From contig JAPHQV010000030.1 in assembly GCA_026197075.1 (NCBI GenBank), positions 4,531-68,530 on the forward strand: a DNA stretch of 64,000 bases, written 5' to 3'. Shown here piece after piece: positions 9,617 to 20,738 of the stretch. The position numbers and the translations under genes were made by a program. Position 1 is the stretch's first letter. Each line of letters opens with the position of its first letter. The stretch comes from Gammaproteobacteria bacterium. Lineage in GTDB: Bacteria; Pseudomonadota; Gammaproteobacteria; DSM-19610. A model generated the notes under the pieces. It was given only the letters and a program-made list of their open reading frames with translations, was not told where the DNA came from and ran no database searches.

Positions 9617-9987
9617 ACTTGTCTCCCCAGCACCACGCCCAGGCCGGCGGCACCGACACAGACCAGAACGCTGACGACCATATTGACCAGCGCACGTACC
9701 AGCTGCCCCGACTCGATCAGGTTCAGGGTTTCCATGGAAAAGGTGGAGAAGGTGGTGAAACCACCCAGCACCCCGATGAGCAGGAAACCGCGCAGCACCG
9801 GTCCCGCCAGACTGCGCTCCAGCAACCAGACACTCAGGAAGCCGATGAGCAGGCAGCCCGTCACATTGACGAACAGGGTGCCATAGGGAAAGCCACGGCC
9901 GGTAAGTACATATACGCCGTTGGAGGCCCAGTAGCGGAACACCGCCCCGAGGGCGCCGCCTGCCGCGATGGCCAGCGTCTGCAACAT
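9613..9987 (-). CDS. crcB: fluoride ion channel CrcB/FluC
   Basis: MLQTLAIAAGGALGAVFRYW ... GFPYGTLFVNVTGCLLIGF ... GVLGGFTTFSTFSMET are typical CrcB motifs. I use the internal ATG at 9987. The ORF-track extension to 10062 is basic and unlike CrcB. Confidence 0.9.
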   Translation of the reverse strand: MLQTLAIAAGGALGAVFRYWASNGVYVLTGRGFPYGTLFVNVTGCLLIGFLSVWLLERSLAGPVLRGFLLIGVLGGFTTFSTFSMETLNLIESGQLVRALVNMVVSVLVCVGAAGLGVVLGRQV

Positions 9988-10123
9988 GTGATCCGCCTTC
10001 GCCCGTTTTTTATGCTTGCCGAATAGGCGCTTATGGTACACCAGCTGGGACGGGATGTGCACACGGGAGGGCGTGGAGGCAAGCGCCCAGGGACGATTCT
10101 GAGCGTGATGACGAACGCTGCGG

Positions 10124-10513
10124 CTATCGGTCTGGCAGGGTACAGCTGGTACAGCGGGGCTTGCCGGTCAGAAGACGCGAAATTCCGTGGCGGTAACGGG
10201 CGAACAGGCGGTAGGTCAGATCTGAGAGCGGGCGCAGTATCGGCCAGCGCAGGACGGACAGCCACTTGTGTTTTCCGACCAGCGACCAGGCAAGGCAGGT
10301 GACATCCAGGCCGTGCAACAGCTCGCCACTCTCCAGTTGTCCATGCAATACGCGGTCGGCCCTGACCGGGTCGATGTGGGGATAGCGTTCCGAGAAATCG
10401 ACATCATGCAGATTGACGAAGGCAAGTTTACCTTCCCGGTCACTGGCCTGTAGCTGACGCATCTCCGCCATGCACAGTGGGCAACCGCCGTCGTAGAAGA
10501 TGGTGAGCCTCAT
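10124..10513 (-). CDS. thiol-disulfide oxidoreductase DCC family protein (DUF393)
   Basis: MRLTIFYDGGCPLCMAEM... carries the DCC motif near the N-terminus. 129 aa. Confidence 0.85.
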   Translation of the reverse strand: MRLTIFYDGGCPLCMAEMRQLQASDREGKLAFVNLHDVDFSERYPHIDPVRADRVLHGQLESGELLHGLDVTCLAWSLVGKHKWLSVLRWPILRPLSDLTYRLFARYRHGISRLLTGKPRCTSCTLPDR

Positions 10514-10674
10514 GAGGCTGAAGCCAGTCGCCAGGGCCTGCCGTCACACTGAGCGAAGTTGGCACATGCCCTGGTACAACCCCGACAGGGCAAGGACCGC
10601 CCCTGACTTGCCACGACCAGGGCCGAGGCCTGCTGCTCAGTCGCGCTTTGCTGTTTGTCAGCCATGGTGTCCAT
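10510..10674 (-). CDS. small Cys-rich hypothetical protein (54 aa)
   Basis: ATG at 10674 preceded by AGAGG. Sequence ...LPCRGCTRACANFAQCDGRPW... (C-x2-C-x3-C-x6-C). The stop overlaps the DCC start (ATGA), which implies translational coupling. Confidence 0.5.
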   Translation of the reverse strand: MDTMADKQQSATEQQASALVVASQGRSLPCRGCTRACANFAQCDGRPWRLASAS

Positions 10675-10732
10675 CCGAACCTCTGTGTGGTGGCCAAGGG
10701 TAGCGGCGCCGCCAGTCTCCGCCCATGGGGTC

Positions 10733-10779
10733 ATTATAGGGGGAAAAGCTTGTTTGTCTAGGACAAATATGATTATCAT
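10733..10779. promoter_or_regulatory. divergent promoter pair with a central palindrome TTTGTC-TAG-GACAAA (10753..10767)
   Basis: Minus strand: TAGACA (10755..10760), 16 nt spacer, TATAAT (10733..10738). Plus strand: TTGTTT (10750..10755), 18 nt spacer, TATCAT (10774..10779). The palindrome covers both -35 boxes. Confidence 0.5.
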
Positions 10780-11683
10780 CGCCACAGGCATCCTGAGGAA
10801 ACCCGACGTGGACCAAGACCAGCCCCAGTTCCCCATCGGTGTGGTGGAACGCGATACCGGCATCGGGCGCGATACCCTGCGGGTATGGGAACGCCGTTAC
10901 GGCTTTCCCACGCCCCTGCGCAACCACAAGGGGGAACGCATGTACTCGGTAGCCCAGTTGCGCCGGCTGCAACGCATCCGGCGCCTGCTGGACCAGGGCA
11001 TGCGCCCAGGGAAACTGCTGCCCCTGGACGAGACCGGCCTCGAGGCCATGGAAGCCAGCTTGCAGCCAGGCCAGGTCGCACCGATGGATGCGGCCATTGG
11101 CGCCATTCTGGAAGCAAGCCGGTCCGCGGACATCGACCGGGTCGCCAGCCTCCTTCAGCAGCGCCATCTCGAGCAGGGCATGCAGGCTTTCATCCTGCAT
11201 ACCCTGCAGCCTTTGCTGCACCAGGTGGGTGAGCAGTGGGCCCGTGGTGAGTTGCAGATCTTCCAGGAACACATCCTGTCGCAGCAGCTCACCAGGTTCC
11301 TGCATGCCGAAATCGCGAACCTGCAGCAGACCGCGCGCAAGCCACTGGTATTGCTGGCCACCCTGCCCGGCGAGGAACATGGCCTGGGGCTGCTGATGGT
11401 GATGGCCATGCTGTCATCCCACGGAATCGCCAGTCTCAACCTCGGCACCCAGGTACCCATGGACCAGATCTGCCAGGCCGTGGATCAATACCGTGCCGAT
11501 ATCGTCGGCATCACCTTCAGCGGCGCCTACCCCTATGGCGGCATTCGTGAGCATCTGCGCGAGTTGCGCGATTCACTTGTGGAGGATGTCGAGATCTGGA
11601 TCGGCGGGGAGGCTGTGCGCCGCCTGCGCAAGCTGCCGGCAGGCGTTCAGAGGTTCCACAGCCTGCAGCAACTTCCCCTGTGA
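10769..11683 (+). CDS. MerR-family regulator with a C-terminal cobalamin-binding domain (CarH/LitR-type)
   Basis: N-terminal MerR HTH (FPIGVVERDTGIGRDTLRVWERRYGFP). Helical bundle with W-x9-EH (WARGELQIFQEH). Rossmann-like B12 domain with E-x-H-x-x-G (EEHGLG). The start is ATG 10769 (AGGA upstream) or GTG 10808 (GAGGAA upstream). Promoter geometry favours 10808. Confidence 0.85.
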   Translation: MIIIATGILRKPDVDQDQPQFPIGVVERDTGIGRDTLRVWERRYGFPTPLRNHKGERMYSVAQLRRLQRIRRLLDQGMRPGKLLPLDETGLEAMEASLQPGQVAPMDAAIGAILEASRSADIDRVASLLQQRHLEQGMQAFILHTLQPLLHQVGEQWARGELQIFQEHILSQQLTRFLHAEIANLQQTARKPLVLLATLPGEEHGLGLLMVMAMLSSHGIASLNLGTQVPMDQICQAVDQYRADIVGITFSGAYPYGGIREHLRELRDSLVEDVEIWIGGEAVRRLRKLPAGVQRFHSLQQLPL

Positions 11684-11964
11684 CCAAGAGGATGCAGACA
11701 TCATGAGCGGCATGGATCTCTTCCCTACTCCCATCTGTAGCAAGTCTCCATGCAGCTGGATGGACGCAAGGCCCACGACCAGGCCGAACCAGTACTTGGC
11801 GAACTGGTATGGCGGTTTGATGTGATACCTCCGGAAATGCAGGACCCGGCGGAGCAGCTCATTGCCCTGTTGCGGGGAAGGCTGGCCAATGCCGGCTGCA
11901 TCGGGCGAATAATCTCAATGGCCGACGCCGGCCGATCACCAGGCACCGCATCGCCGGCACCCCT

Positions 11965-13281
11965 TTACTCCCGCTTTGCCTTGCGGTCCAGTTCGCGCAG
12001 GTAGGCCAGCTTCTCCGCGATCTTGATTTCCAGTCCGCGCGGCGCCGGCTGGTAGTAACGCACCGGTTCCATGTCGTCGGGAAAATACTGCTCGCCGGCG
12101 GCATAGGCCTCGGGTTCGTCGTGAGCGTAGCGATAGGTCTTGCCGTAGCCCAACTCCTTCATCAGTTTGGTGGGCGCGTTACGCAGGTGCAGAGGCACCT
12201 CCAGGGAGCCCTTGCGTTGCACATCCTTGCGCACGGCGTTGAAGGCCATGTAGACGGCGTTGCTCTTGGGCGCGCAGGCAAGGTACAGCACTGCCTGGGC
12301 CAGTGTCAGCTCCCCTTCCGGGCTGCCGAGCCGTTCCTGGGCATCCCAGGCCTGCAGGCAGATGCCCAGGGCGCGCGGATCGGCGTTGCCGATGTCCTCG
12401 GAGGCCATGCGCACGATGCGCCGCGCGAGATACAGGGGATCGCAACCGCCGTCCAGCATGCGCACCAGCCAGTACAGGGCCGCGTCGGGCGCCGAGCCGC
12501 GCACCGATTTGTGCAGGGCCGAGATCTGGTCGTAGAAGGCTTCGCCGCCCTTGTCGAAGCGGCGGGTGCCGCCACTGATCACCTCCCCCAGGACCTCTTC
12601 GGTGATGTGCTCGCCCTCGGCATCGCTCACCACCAGGTCGCTGGCGATCTCCAGCAGGTTCAGGGCGCGACGCGCATCGCCGTCGGCCGCCTCGGCGAGC
12701 CGGTCGCGCAGTTCCGGTGCCATGTACAGCTTGCGACTACCCAGGCCGCGTTCGGCATCTTCCAGCGCCTGGTCGATGATGGCGCGCAGAGCCTCCGGAG
12801 TCAGTGGCTTGAGCACGTAGGTGCGCGCCCGCGACAGCAGCGCGTTGTTGAGTTCGAAGGAAGGATTCTCGGTGGTGGCACCGACGAACAGGATGGTGCC
12901 ATCCTCCACGAAGGGCAGGAAGGCATCCTGCTGGGCCTTGTTGAAGCGGTGCACCTCGTCCACGAACAGGATGCTGAGACGACCTTCCGCCGCACGCAGG
13001 GCACGGGCAGCATCCATGGCCTGGCGGATGTCCTTGACCCCGGCCAATACCGCCGACAAGGTCATGAACTCGGCGCCGGTGCGCCGCGCCAGCAGTCGCG
13101 CCAGGGTGGTCTTGCCGGTGCCTGGCGGCCCCCAGAACAGCATGGAGTGCAGGCGACCCGATTCGATGGCCAGGCGCAGCGGCTTGCCGGGGCCGAGCAG
13201 GTGCTCCTGACCGATGAACTCTTCCAGGTCACGCGGCCGCATGCGGTCGGCCAGGGGGCGGAAGGGTTCCTGCAGCGCCAT
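11965..13281 (-). CDS. rarA: replication-associated recombination protein A (AAA+ ATPase)
   Basis: 438 aa. Walker [22 protein letters not shown], and a conserved MgsA C-terminal domain. Confidence 0.95.
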   Translation of the reverse strand: MALQEPFRPLADRMRPRDLEEFIGQEHLLGPGKPLRLAIESGRLHSMLFWGPPGTGKTTLARLLARRTGAEFMTLSAVLAGVKDIRQAMDAARALRAAEGRLSILFVDEVHRFNKAQQDAFLPFVEDGTILFVGATTENPSFELNNALLSRARTYVLKPLTPEALRAIIDQALEDAERGLGSRKLYMAPELRDRLAEAADGDARRALNLLEIASDLVVSDAEGEHITEEVLGEVISGGTRRFDKGGEAFYDQISALHKSVRGSAPDAALYWLVRMLDGGCDPLYLARRIVRMASEDIGNADPRALGICLQAWDAQERLGSPEGELTLAQAVLYLACAPKSNAVYMAFNAVRKDVQRKGSLEVPLHLRNAPTKLMKELGYGKTYRYAHDEPEAYAAGEQYFPDDMEPVRYYQPAPRGLEIKIAEKLAYLRELDRKAKRE

Positions 13282-13289
13282 GGCGCGTA

Positions 13290-13919
13290 TTACTGGGGCG
13301 TGCCGATCAGGTCGGCGCCCGCTGGCGGAATGAAGCGAAAGCGTGCGGGATCGATGTCAGCGTTGCGCCGCACCTGTTCAAACTGCAACAGGGTACGGTT
13401 GCCGAACTGGTCCGTGACCTGCATGGCCCGCAAGTCGTCCTCATCGAAGCCCAGGTGAATCTCTTCCACTGACCCATCCTCGACCAGGGGTCGCAGGCGA
13501 TACCAGTCCATTTGACCTTCACCCGCCACCGCCTCGATGGAGAACACGGCCGTGATGGGTTCACCGCCGCTGAGCAGCATGGCCGGGGTATCGGTCAGCA
13601 CCTCGGCGGCGGGTTTTACCGTCACCTGCTCCAGGTCCTGGTCATAGGTCCAGACGTTGCGCCCGTCGGACACCAATTCCTGTTCATACGGTTCGCTGTA
13701 GTTCCAGCGGAAACGACCGGGACGGACGATCCACACCTGACCACTGGCTTCCTGCAACAGGCCCCGCTGGGGATCCTGCACCTGCTGGCGGAACTCCGCC
13801 TCCAGGGTCCGCAAATCGGCGAAGTAGCGCTCCACCCGTTCGGTGCCTGGTGAGGCTGCCGCCAGGGCCAGGGAGACCGGCAGCAGGGCGACAAGGGAAA
13901 AAAGGCGTGACAGCTGCAT
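13290..13919 (-). CDS. lolA: outer-membrane lipoprotein carrier protein LolA
   Basis: 209 aa with a signal peptide. F(R/K)Q...GxxW...PxxFRW pattern. Conserved position between rarA and ftsK. Confidence 0.9.
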   Translation of the reverse strand: MQLSRLFSLVALLPVSLALAAASPGTERVERYFADLRTLEAEFRQQVQDPQRGLLQEASGQVWIVRPGRFRWNYSEPYEQELVSDGRNVWTYDQDLEQVTVKPAAEVLTDTPAMLLSGGEPITAVFSIEAVAGEGQMDWYRLRPLVEDGSVEEIHLGFDEDDLRAMQVTDQFGNRTLLQFEQVRRNADIDPARFRFIPPAGADLIGTPQ

Positions 13920-13967
13920 GATTGGCTACTCGCATTGCTTGTACAATATTAAGCGCATAAAAAACCG

Positions 13968-14085
13968 AATTCACCGCAAAGACGCAAAGTGCGCAAAGAA
14001 CACCAATCAATATATCTATTGTGAGAAAGCCCTGATCAGCTCTTACGCGATAATCTTTGCGAACTTTGCGTCTTTGCGGTGAATT
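13968..14085. repeat. palindromic intergenic element, CAAAG-type arms (copy B)
   Basis: aattcaccgcaaagacgcaaagtgcgcaaaga ... tctttgcgaactttgcgtctttgcggtgaatt. The core is about 54 nt and AT-rich. Confidence 0.9.
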
Positions 14086-14091
14086 GCCTGT

Positions 14092-16401
14092 TCAATCCGC
14101 ATCGGGCGGCGGTGGCGCCAGCACCTCGCGGTTGCCATTGGACTGCAGCGGCCCGACGATACCGCTCGCTTCCATCTGTTCCACCATGCGCGCAGCGCGG
14201 TTGTAGCCGATCTTCAGGCGTCTCTGCACCCCGGACACGGAAGCGCGGCGGGTCTCGGTGACCACGCGTACGGCCTGGTCGTAGAGCGGATCGGCCTCCG
14301 CGTCGCCGCCCTCCTCCATGCCGATGAAGTCGCCGCTGCCCTCGGCCGCGCCCTGCAGGATCTCCTCCACGTAATCGGGGCTGGAGGTCTTCTTGAGGTG
14401 ATCCACCACCTGGTGCACTTCCTGGTCGGCGACGAAGGCGCCGTGCACGCGCATGGGCAGTCCGGAACCGGGCGGCAGGTAGAGCATATCCCCGTGCCCT
14501 AGTAACTGTTCGGCACCACCCTGGTCGAGGATGGTGCGTGAATCCACCTTGGACGACACCTGGAAGGCGATGCGGGTGGGGATGTTGGCCTTGATCAGGC
14601 CGGTGATCACGTCCACCGAGGGCCGCTGGGTGGCGAGGATCAGGTGCACACCGGCGGCGCGCGCCTTCTGGGCCAGGCGGGCGATCAGCTCTTCCACCTT
14701 CTTGCCCACCACCATCATCAGGTCGGCCAGCTCGTCCACTACGACCACGATATAGGGCAGCGGTTCCAGGGTGGGTGGTGGCGCGGTGGGATCCAGCGCG
14801 GTCTCCGGCTTGTAGAGCGGATCGGCCAGGGGCTCGCCCGCCGCCTCCGCCTCGCGGATCTTCTTGTTGGCACTGGCGATGTTGCGCACGCCCAGGGCCG
14901 CCATCAGCTTGTAGCGCCGCTCCATCTCCGCCACGCACCAGCGCAGGGCATTGGCGGCATCCTTCATGTCGGTCACCACCGGCGTCAGCAGGTGGGGGAT
15001 GCCCTCGTAGATCGACAACTCCAGCATCTTGGGGTCGATCATGATCATGCGGATGTCGGTGGGCAGGGCCTTGTAGAGCAGGCTGAGGATCATGGCGTTC
15101 ACCGCCACGGACTTGCCGGATCCGGTGGTGCCCGCCACCAGCAGGTGCGGCATCTTGCCCAGGTCCACCACCACCGGCAGGCCGCCGATGTCCTTGCCCA
15201 GGCCCAGGGTCAGCGGCGAGCCGGCCCTGTCGTAGTCCTGGGAGTTGAGGATCTCACTCAGGGAGACGATCTCGCGGTGCTCGTTGGGGATCTCCAAGCC
15301 CACCACCGACTTGCCGGGGATGATCTCCACCACGCGCACGCTGATGGCCGACAGGGCGCGCGCCAGATCCTTGGCCAGGTTGCTGATCTGGCTGACCTTG
15401 ACGCCGGTGCCCGGCTGTAGCTCGAAGCGGGTGATCACCGGCCCCGGCTGCACCGCCACCACTTCCACTTCGATCCCGAAATCGGCCAGCTTCATTTCCA
15501 CCAGTCGCGACATGGCCTCGAGGGCAGCCTCGGAATAGCCCTTGTCGGAGATGCGCGGCGGTTCCAGCAGCGACAGGGGTGGCAATTCGGAATTGGCCGG
15601 CGGGTCGAACAGCATCACCTGGCGTTCACGATCAGGGCGGGCACTGGGCTCCACCTGTTTGAGCACCGGCTCGATCTTCACCGGCTTGCGCTTGACGGCC
15701 TTCTCCTGCACTTCCTTCGCCGTCTCCTCGCGGGCACGGCGCGCACGCTGGCCTTCCAGGTGGATGCGCAAGCGCCCCACGGCCTCCTGCAGGTACGCCA
15801 CCAGGGCCAGGGTCAGGCGCCCGACGCGATCCATGACCGCCAACCAGGACAGGCCCGTGAACAGGGTGACGCCCACCAGGAACAGGGCCAGGAGAAACAG
15901 GGTGGCGCCGGTGAAACTGAACAGGCCGACCAGGCCATTGCCCACCACATCCCCGAGGATGCCGCCGGCATCCAGGGGCAACACGCCCGGATCCACACTG
16001 AAATGCAGAGAGGTAAGACCACAACCGCCGCTCACGGTGAGCAGGAACCCCACCCAGCGAACGGCCAGCACCTGCAGGTCGATGCCGCCTTCCGGGGTGC
16101 TCCAGCGGAACACCAGCCAGCCGCTGTAGCCCACCATGACCGGGAACAGGTAGGCCAGATAGCCAAACAGGTACAGGAAAACGTCGGCGAACCAGGCCCC
16201 CACCACACCACCGGCATTGGCGATCTCCACCGGCCCGCCACGGTGGGACCAGCCGGGATCGGCGGGGGAATAGCTGACCAGGGACACCAGCAGGTAGACC
16301 GCCAGGGCAAGCAGGATCAACAGGGCGCCCTCGCGCAGGCCGCGACTGACATGGTGCGTGAGGGCGGGCAGGTCCGCTTTGGTGCGTCGGGCTTGGGCCA
16401 A
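14092..16401 (-). CDS. ftsK: DNA translocase FtsK
   Basis: 769 aa. N-terminal TM helices, linker, motor domain ([25 protein letters not shown]) and C-terminal gamma wHTH ([24 protein letters not shown]). The only in-frame start at the 5' end is TTG at 16401. Confidence 0.95.
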   Translation of the reverse strand: MAQARRTKADLPALTHHVSRGLREGALLILLALAVYLLVSLVSYSPADPGWSHRGGPVEIANAGGVVGAWFADVFLYLFGYLAYLFPVMVGYSGWLVFRWSTPEGGIDLQVLAVRWVGFLLTVSGGCGLTSLHFSVDPGVLPLDAGGILGDVVGNGLVGLFSFTGATLFLLALFLVGVTLFTGLSWLAVMDRVGRLTLALVAYLQEAVGRLRIHLEGQRARRAREETAKEVQEKAVKRKPVKIEPVLKQVEPSARPDRERQVMLFDPPANSELPPLSLLEPPRISDKGYSEAALEAMSRLVEMKLADFGIEVEVVAVQPGPVITRFELQPGTGVKVSQISNLAKDLARALSAISVRVVEIIPGKSVVGLEIPNEHREIVSLSEILNSQDYDRAGSPLTLGLGKDIGGLPVVVDLGKMPHLLVAGTTGSGKSVAVNAMILSLLYKALPTDIRMIMIDPKMLELSIYEGIPHLLTPVVTDMKDAANALRWCVAEMERRYKLMAALGVRNIASANKKIREAEAAGEPLADPLYKPETALDPTAPPPTLEPLPYIVVVVDELADLMMVVGKKVEELIARLAQKARAAGVHLILATQRPSVDVITGLIKANIPTRIAFQVSSKVDSRTILDQGGAEQLLGHGDMLYLPPGSGLPMRVHGAFVADQEVHQVVDHLKKTSSPDYVEEILQGAAEGSGDFIGMEEGGDAEADPLYDQAVRVVTETRRASVSGVQRRLKIGYNRAARMVEQMEASGIVGPLQSNGNREVLAPPPPDAD

Positions 16402-16550
16402 GGTAATAAGGTCGCTGAGGTTTGTTGGCTAAAAACTGAATACTACTTGAATTTTTCTCTGTTACAAGCAGGGAAATGCCACGGTCGGGACGGGCGGAGG
16501 CCGGATGCTTTACCCCCCCGTCGCGATTCCGTACCATAAGCAGCGGCTGA

Positions 16551-17642
<1,092 letters not shown>

Positions 17643-17654
17643 CCCCACGAATAA

Positions 17655-17747
17655 TGTAGGAGCGGCCTCAAGGTGAGACCGCGTAGCGGTCGAGAGAGTG
17701 CCCTGGGGTATGGCCGCGAATCTTCGCGGGCAGAGCCCGCTCCTACA
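17655..17747. repeat. REP-like palindrome (tgtaggagcgg ... ccgctcctaca)
   Basis: Outer arms at 17655..17665 and 17737..17747. Inner hairpin ccgcgaa-tc-ttcgcgg. It lies 13 nt after the trxB stop. Confidence 0.75.
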
Positions 17748-17824
17748 CAGGCGGGCCCTGGCCAATTCCATGCGAATGCTTGGGCCAATCAGCCGCATCA
17801 CGGGGCATTGGGTACAATGCGGCC

Positions 17825-18970
17825 ATGGAGCTGCAGATCATCACCGCCATCGACAGCGTCGAGGCCGACGAATGGAACCAGGTCGCCGGCACCGCGCAAC
17901 CCTTTCTGCGTCATGAGTTCCTGGCCGCCCTCGAACGCCATGGCTGCGTGGGCGAGCAGTATGGTTGGCTGCCGCACCACCTGCTGGCCCGGGATGAAGA
18001 GGGGCAACTGATCGGCGCCGTTCCCCTGTACCTCAAGGACAACTCCTACGGCGAATTCGTCTTCGACTGGGCCTGGGCCGATGCCTTCCATCGTCACGGA
18101 ATCCCCTACTACCCAAAGGCCGTTTCCTCCATTCCCTACACTCCCGCCACCGGACCTCGCCTGCTGGTGCGGCCCGGTGTCGAGCACGCCCCGGTGGCCG
18201 TTGCCCTGGTTGAACTGGGGAAGGCACTCATGGAACAGGAAGGCCTGTCCTCGCTGCACTGGCTGTTCACCGATGCGGTCGACAACCGGTTGTTGCAGGA
18301 ACAGGGATTCCTGCCGCGCCTCGGCTGCCAGTTTCACTGGCACAACCAGGGCTACCGGGATTTCGAGGACTTCCTGTCCCGGCTCAACTCCCGCAAGCGC
18401 AAGCAATTACGCCGCGAGCGCCGCCATGTACGGGACGCCGGCATCGAGTTGCGGATCCTGCACGGTCATGAGATGGACCATGAACTCTGGTCCATCATGC
18501 ACGGCTTCTACCGATCCACCTTCGAGAAAAAATCCGGCATTCCCACCCTGAGCCAGGGCTTCTTCGAGGAACTCAGCCACACCATGGGCCACCAGCTTGT
18601 GCTGGTGTTCGCCTGGCACCAGGGTGCGCCGGTGGCCGGGGCCATCAATTTCCGCGGTGACGACACCCTCTATGGCCGCCACTGGGGATGCCGGGAGGAT
18701 TTCCACAGCCTGCATTTCGAGGCCTGCTATTACCAGGGCATCGAGTACTGCATCGCGCAGGGCTTGCAGCGCTTCGAGCCTGGCGCCCAGGGGGAGCACA
18801 AGATCAGCCGTGGCTTCCTGCCCACCGCCACCTGGTCCACCCACTGGATACGGGACGAGGGCTTTCGCACCGCCATCGGCGATTTCCTGCGCCGCGAACA
18901 ATACGGCATGCGGGACTACATGGAGACCCTCGCGGAACAGTCCCCTTACCGCCAGGTGGAGGTGGCATGA
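17825..18970 (+). CDS. GNAT-fold/FemAB-like protein (DUF482, COG3146 type)
   Basis: [18 protein letters not shown]...[16 protein letters not shown]...[22 protein letters not shown] use the internal ATG at 17825. Confidence 0.7.
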   Translation: MELQIITAIDSVEADEWNQVAGTAQPFLRHEFLAALERHGCVGEQYGWLPHHLLARDEEGQLIGAVPLYLKDNSYGEFVFDWAWADAFHRHGIPYYPKAVSSIPYTPATGPRLLVRPGVEHAPVAVALVELGKALMEQEGLSSLHWLFTDAVDNRLLQEQGFLPRLGCQFHWHNQGYRDFEDFLSRLNSRKRKQLRRERRHVRDAGIELRILHGHEMDHELWSIMHGFYRSTFEKKSGIPTLSQGFFEELSHTMGHQLVLVFAWHQGAPVAGAINFRGDDTLYGRHWGCREDFHSLHFEACYYQGIEYCIAQGLQRFEPGAQGEHKISRGFLPTATWSTHWIRDEGFRTAIGDFLRREQYGMRDYMETLAEQSPYRQVEVA

Positions 18971-19704
18971 AGGAAAGACTGCAAGGTCCCTTCTGGCTGG
19001 ACCCACAGGATCCCGACGGACCTTTTCCGCCGGTGGAGTATGCCCTGCGGGAACCGGACGGACTGCTGGCCGTCGGCGGCGACCTCAGCCCGGGTCGACT
19101 GTTGCGTGCCTATCGGCAGGGTATCTTCCCCTGGTACAACACCGGCCAACCCATCCTCTGGTGGTCACCGGACCCGCGCGCGATCCTGATGCCCGCAGAC
19201 CTGCATGTGAGTCGCAGCCTGCGCAAGACCCTGCGCAGGGCACCCTATCGTATCAGCCTCGACCAGGCCTTCGACCAGGTCATCAGCGCCTGCGCCGGGC
19301 CACGGGCAGGTGCCGACGGCACCTGGATCACGACGGAAATGCAGGCGGCCTACCGGGAACTGCACCGGCGCGGCTACGCCCACTCCGTGGAGGCCTGGGA
19401 AAATGAGCGCCTGACAGGCGGCTTGTACGGTATCGCCATCGGCCGTGTCTTCTTCGGTGAATCCATGTTCAGCCTGGCCACGGACGCTTCCAAGGTGGCC
19501 TTCGTGCACCTGGTGCGGCAACTGCTGGACTGGGGCTTCGAGCTGATCGACTGCCAGATGCAAACCGGGCACCTGGCCCGCTTCGGCGCACGACCCATGG
19601 CGCGGGAGGCCTTCACCGCCCAGCTGGCACGGGCCTGCGCACGGCCGGAGTTGCCCGCGCCCTGGACGCTGGACCCCGCCATCAGCATGGCCCTGCGCCA
19701 ATGA
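18967..19704 (+). CDS. aat: leucyl/phenylalanyl-tRNA--protein transferase
   Basis: [26 protein letters not shown]...[10 protein letters not shown]...[16 protein letters not shown]. The ATG at 18967 overlaps the previous stop. Confidence 0.93.
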   Translation: MKERLQGPFWLDPQDPDGPFPPVEYALREPDGLLAVGGDLSPGRLLRAYRQGIFPWYNTGQPILWWSPDPRAILMPADLHVSRSLRKTLRRAPYRISLDQAFDQVISACAGPRAGADGTWITTEMQAAYRELHRRGYAHSVEAWENERLTGGLYGIAIGRVFFGESMFSLATDASKVAFVHLVRQLLDWGFELIDCQMQTGHLARFGARPMAREAFTAQLARACARPELPAPWTLDPAISMALRQ

Positions 19705-20399
19705 GAGAACTTCCCTTCCTGGCCACCCCGCCCCACCCCTGCAACTACCTGCCGGGCCAGCAGGCCGTGACCCTGTTCGCGGATCCGCGTGCGGGCATGA
19801 GCACCCATCTCTACGGACAACTGGCCGAACATGGCTTTCGCCGCAGCGGTGGGGAGGTGTACCGACCCATGTGCCCGCACTGCCAGGCCTGCGTGCCGGT
19901 ACGCATCCCGGTGGCGCGCATGGTGCACCGACGCCGGGAGCGACGCATCTGGCAACGGAATGCCGACCTGTGCGCCAGTCCGCAACCCAGTGAATTCCGC
20001 AACGAGCATTATGAGCTTTACTGCCGTTATCTCGCTGCCCGCCACCCTGGTGGTGGCATGGACAACCCCACTCCAGAGGGTTATCTGCAGTTCCTGCGCA
20101 ACCCCTGGTGCGAAACCCGATTCGTGGAATTCCGCCTCGAGGGGAGGCTGCTGGCGGTGGCGGTGACCGATGTACTGCCCAGCGGCCTGTCCGCCGTGTA
20201 CACCTTCTATGAGCCGGAAGCCAGGCAACGCAGCCTGGGGACCCATACCATCCTCTGGCAGGTCGAGGAGGCCAGGCGCCTGGGGCTACCCTCTCTGTTC
20301 CTGGGATACTGGATCGAGGCCTGTGACAAGATGCGCTACAAGGGCCGGTTCCGACCCCTGCAGGCCCTGGAAGACGGGGTCTGGCGGGAGATCCCCTAG
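19701..20399 (+). CDS. bpt: arginyl/leucyl-tRNA--protein transferase (Bpt/Ate family)
   Basis: 232 aa. CNYLPGQ...FRRSG...[15 protein letters not shown]...[14 protein letters not shown] overlap with aat. Confidence 0.9.
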   Translation: MRELPFLATPPHPCNYLPGQQAVTLFADPRAGMSTHLYGQLAEHGFRRSGGEVYRPMCPHCQACVPVRIPVARMVHRRRERRIWQRNADLCASPQPSEFRNEHYELYCRYLAARHPGGGMDNPTPEGYLQFLRNPWCETRFVEFRLEGRLLAVAVTDVLPSGLSAVYTFYEPEARQRSLGTHTILWQVEEARRLGLPSLFLGYWIEACDKMRYKGRFRPLQALEDGVWREIP

Positions 20400-20488
20400 C
20401 CTGATGGGGATACGGGCGTACCGGTTTGTCACGGGCTTGGGGTATAATCGCGGACTTTCCAATCAGAAGGTAACCAACCGGTAGGCAT

Positions 20489-20707
20489 ATGGCGAAAGAA
20501 GACGGCATAGAAATGGAAGGCACGGTGATCGAGACCCTGCCCAACACCATGTTTCGGGTAGAACTGGAAAACGGGCACGTGGTCACGGCCCATATCTCCG
20601 GCAAGATGCGCAAGCACTATATCCGCATCCTCACCGGCGACAAAGTCACCGTTCAGCTCACCCCCTACGATCTCAGCAAGGGACGCATCACCTACCGGGC
20701 ACGTTAA
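20489..20707 (+). CDS. infA: translation initiation factor IF-1
   Basis: 72 aa. [70 protein letters not shown]. Confidence 0.98.
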   Translation: MAKEDGIEMEGTVIETLPNTMFRVELENGHVVTAHISGKMRKHYIRILTGDKVTVQLTPYDLSKGRITYRAR

Positions 20708-20738
20708 GGCAAGACCGCCGTCGGCCCTTTGCTGGCCG

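Noticed and set aside
9988-10123. Possible fluoride (crcB-motif) riboswitch in the 136-nt gap upstream of crcB.
   Set aside because: On the minus strand there is a GGGCG...CGCCC stem and a GCUGGUG resembling GCUGAUG. However, the loop (CUUGCCUCCA) lacks the conserved AUGG(N)GUU. There is no AAAC(C/U)GCC segment and no pseudoknot partner. By eye it does not fit the consensus. A covariance-model scan would settle it.
11684-11964. Possible gene or gene remnant in the 280-bp gap between the CarH-like gene and rarA. A minus-strand frame reads ...NELLRRVLHFRRYHIKPPYQFAKYWFGLVVGLASIQLH... with gene-like codon usage.
   Set aside because: That frame has no ATG, GTG or TTG start between the upstream stop (about 11925) and 11776. 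It runs into the 3' end of the regulator gene, and I cannot assign it to a family. It may be a pseudogene fragment, but I cannot support a feature call.
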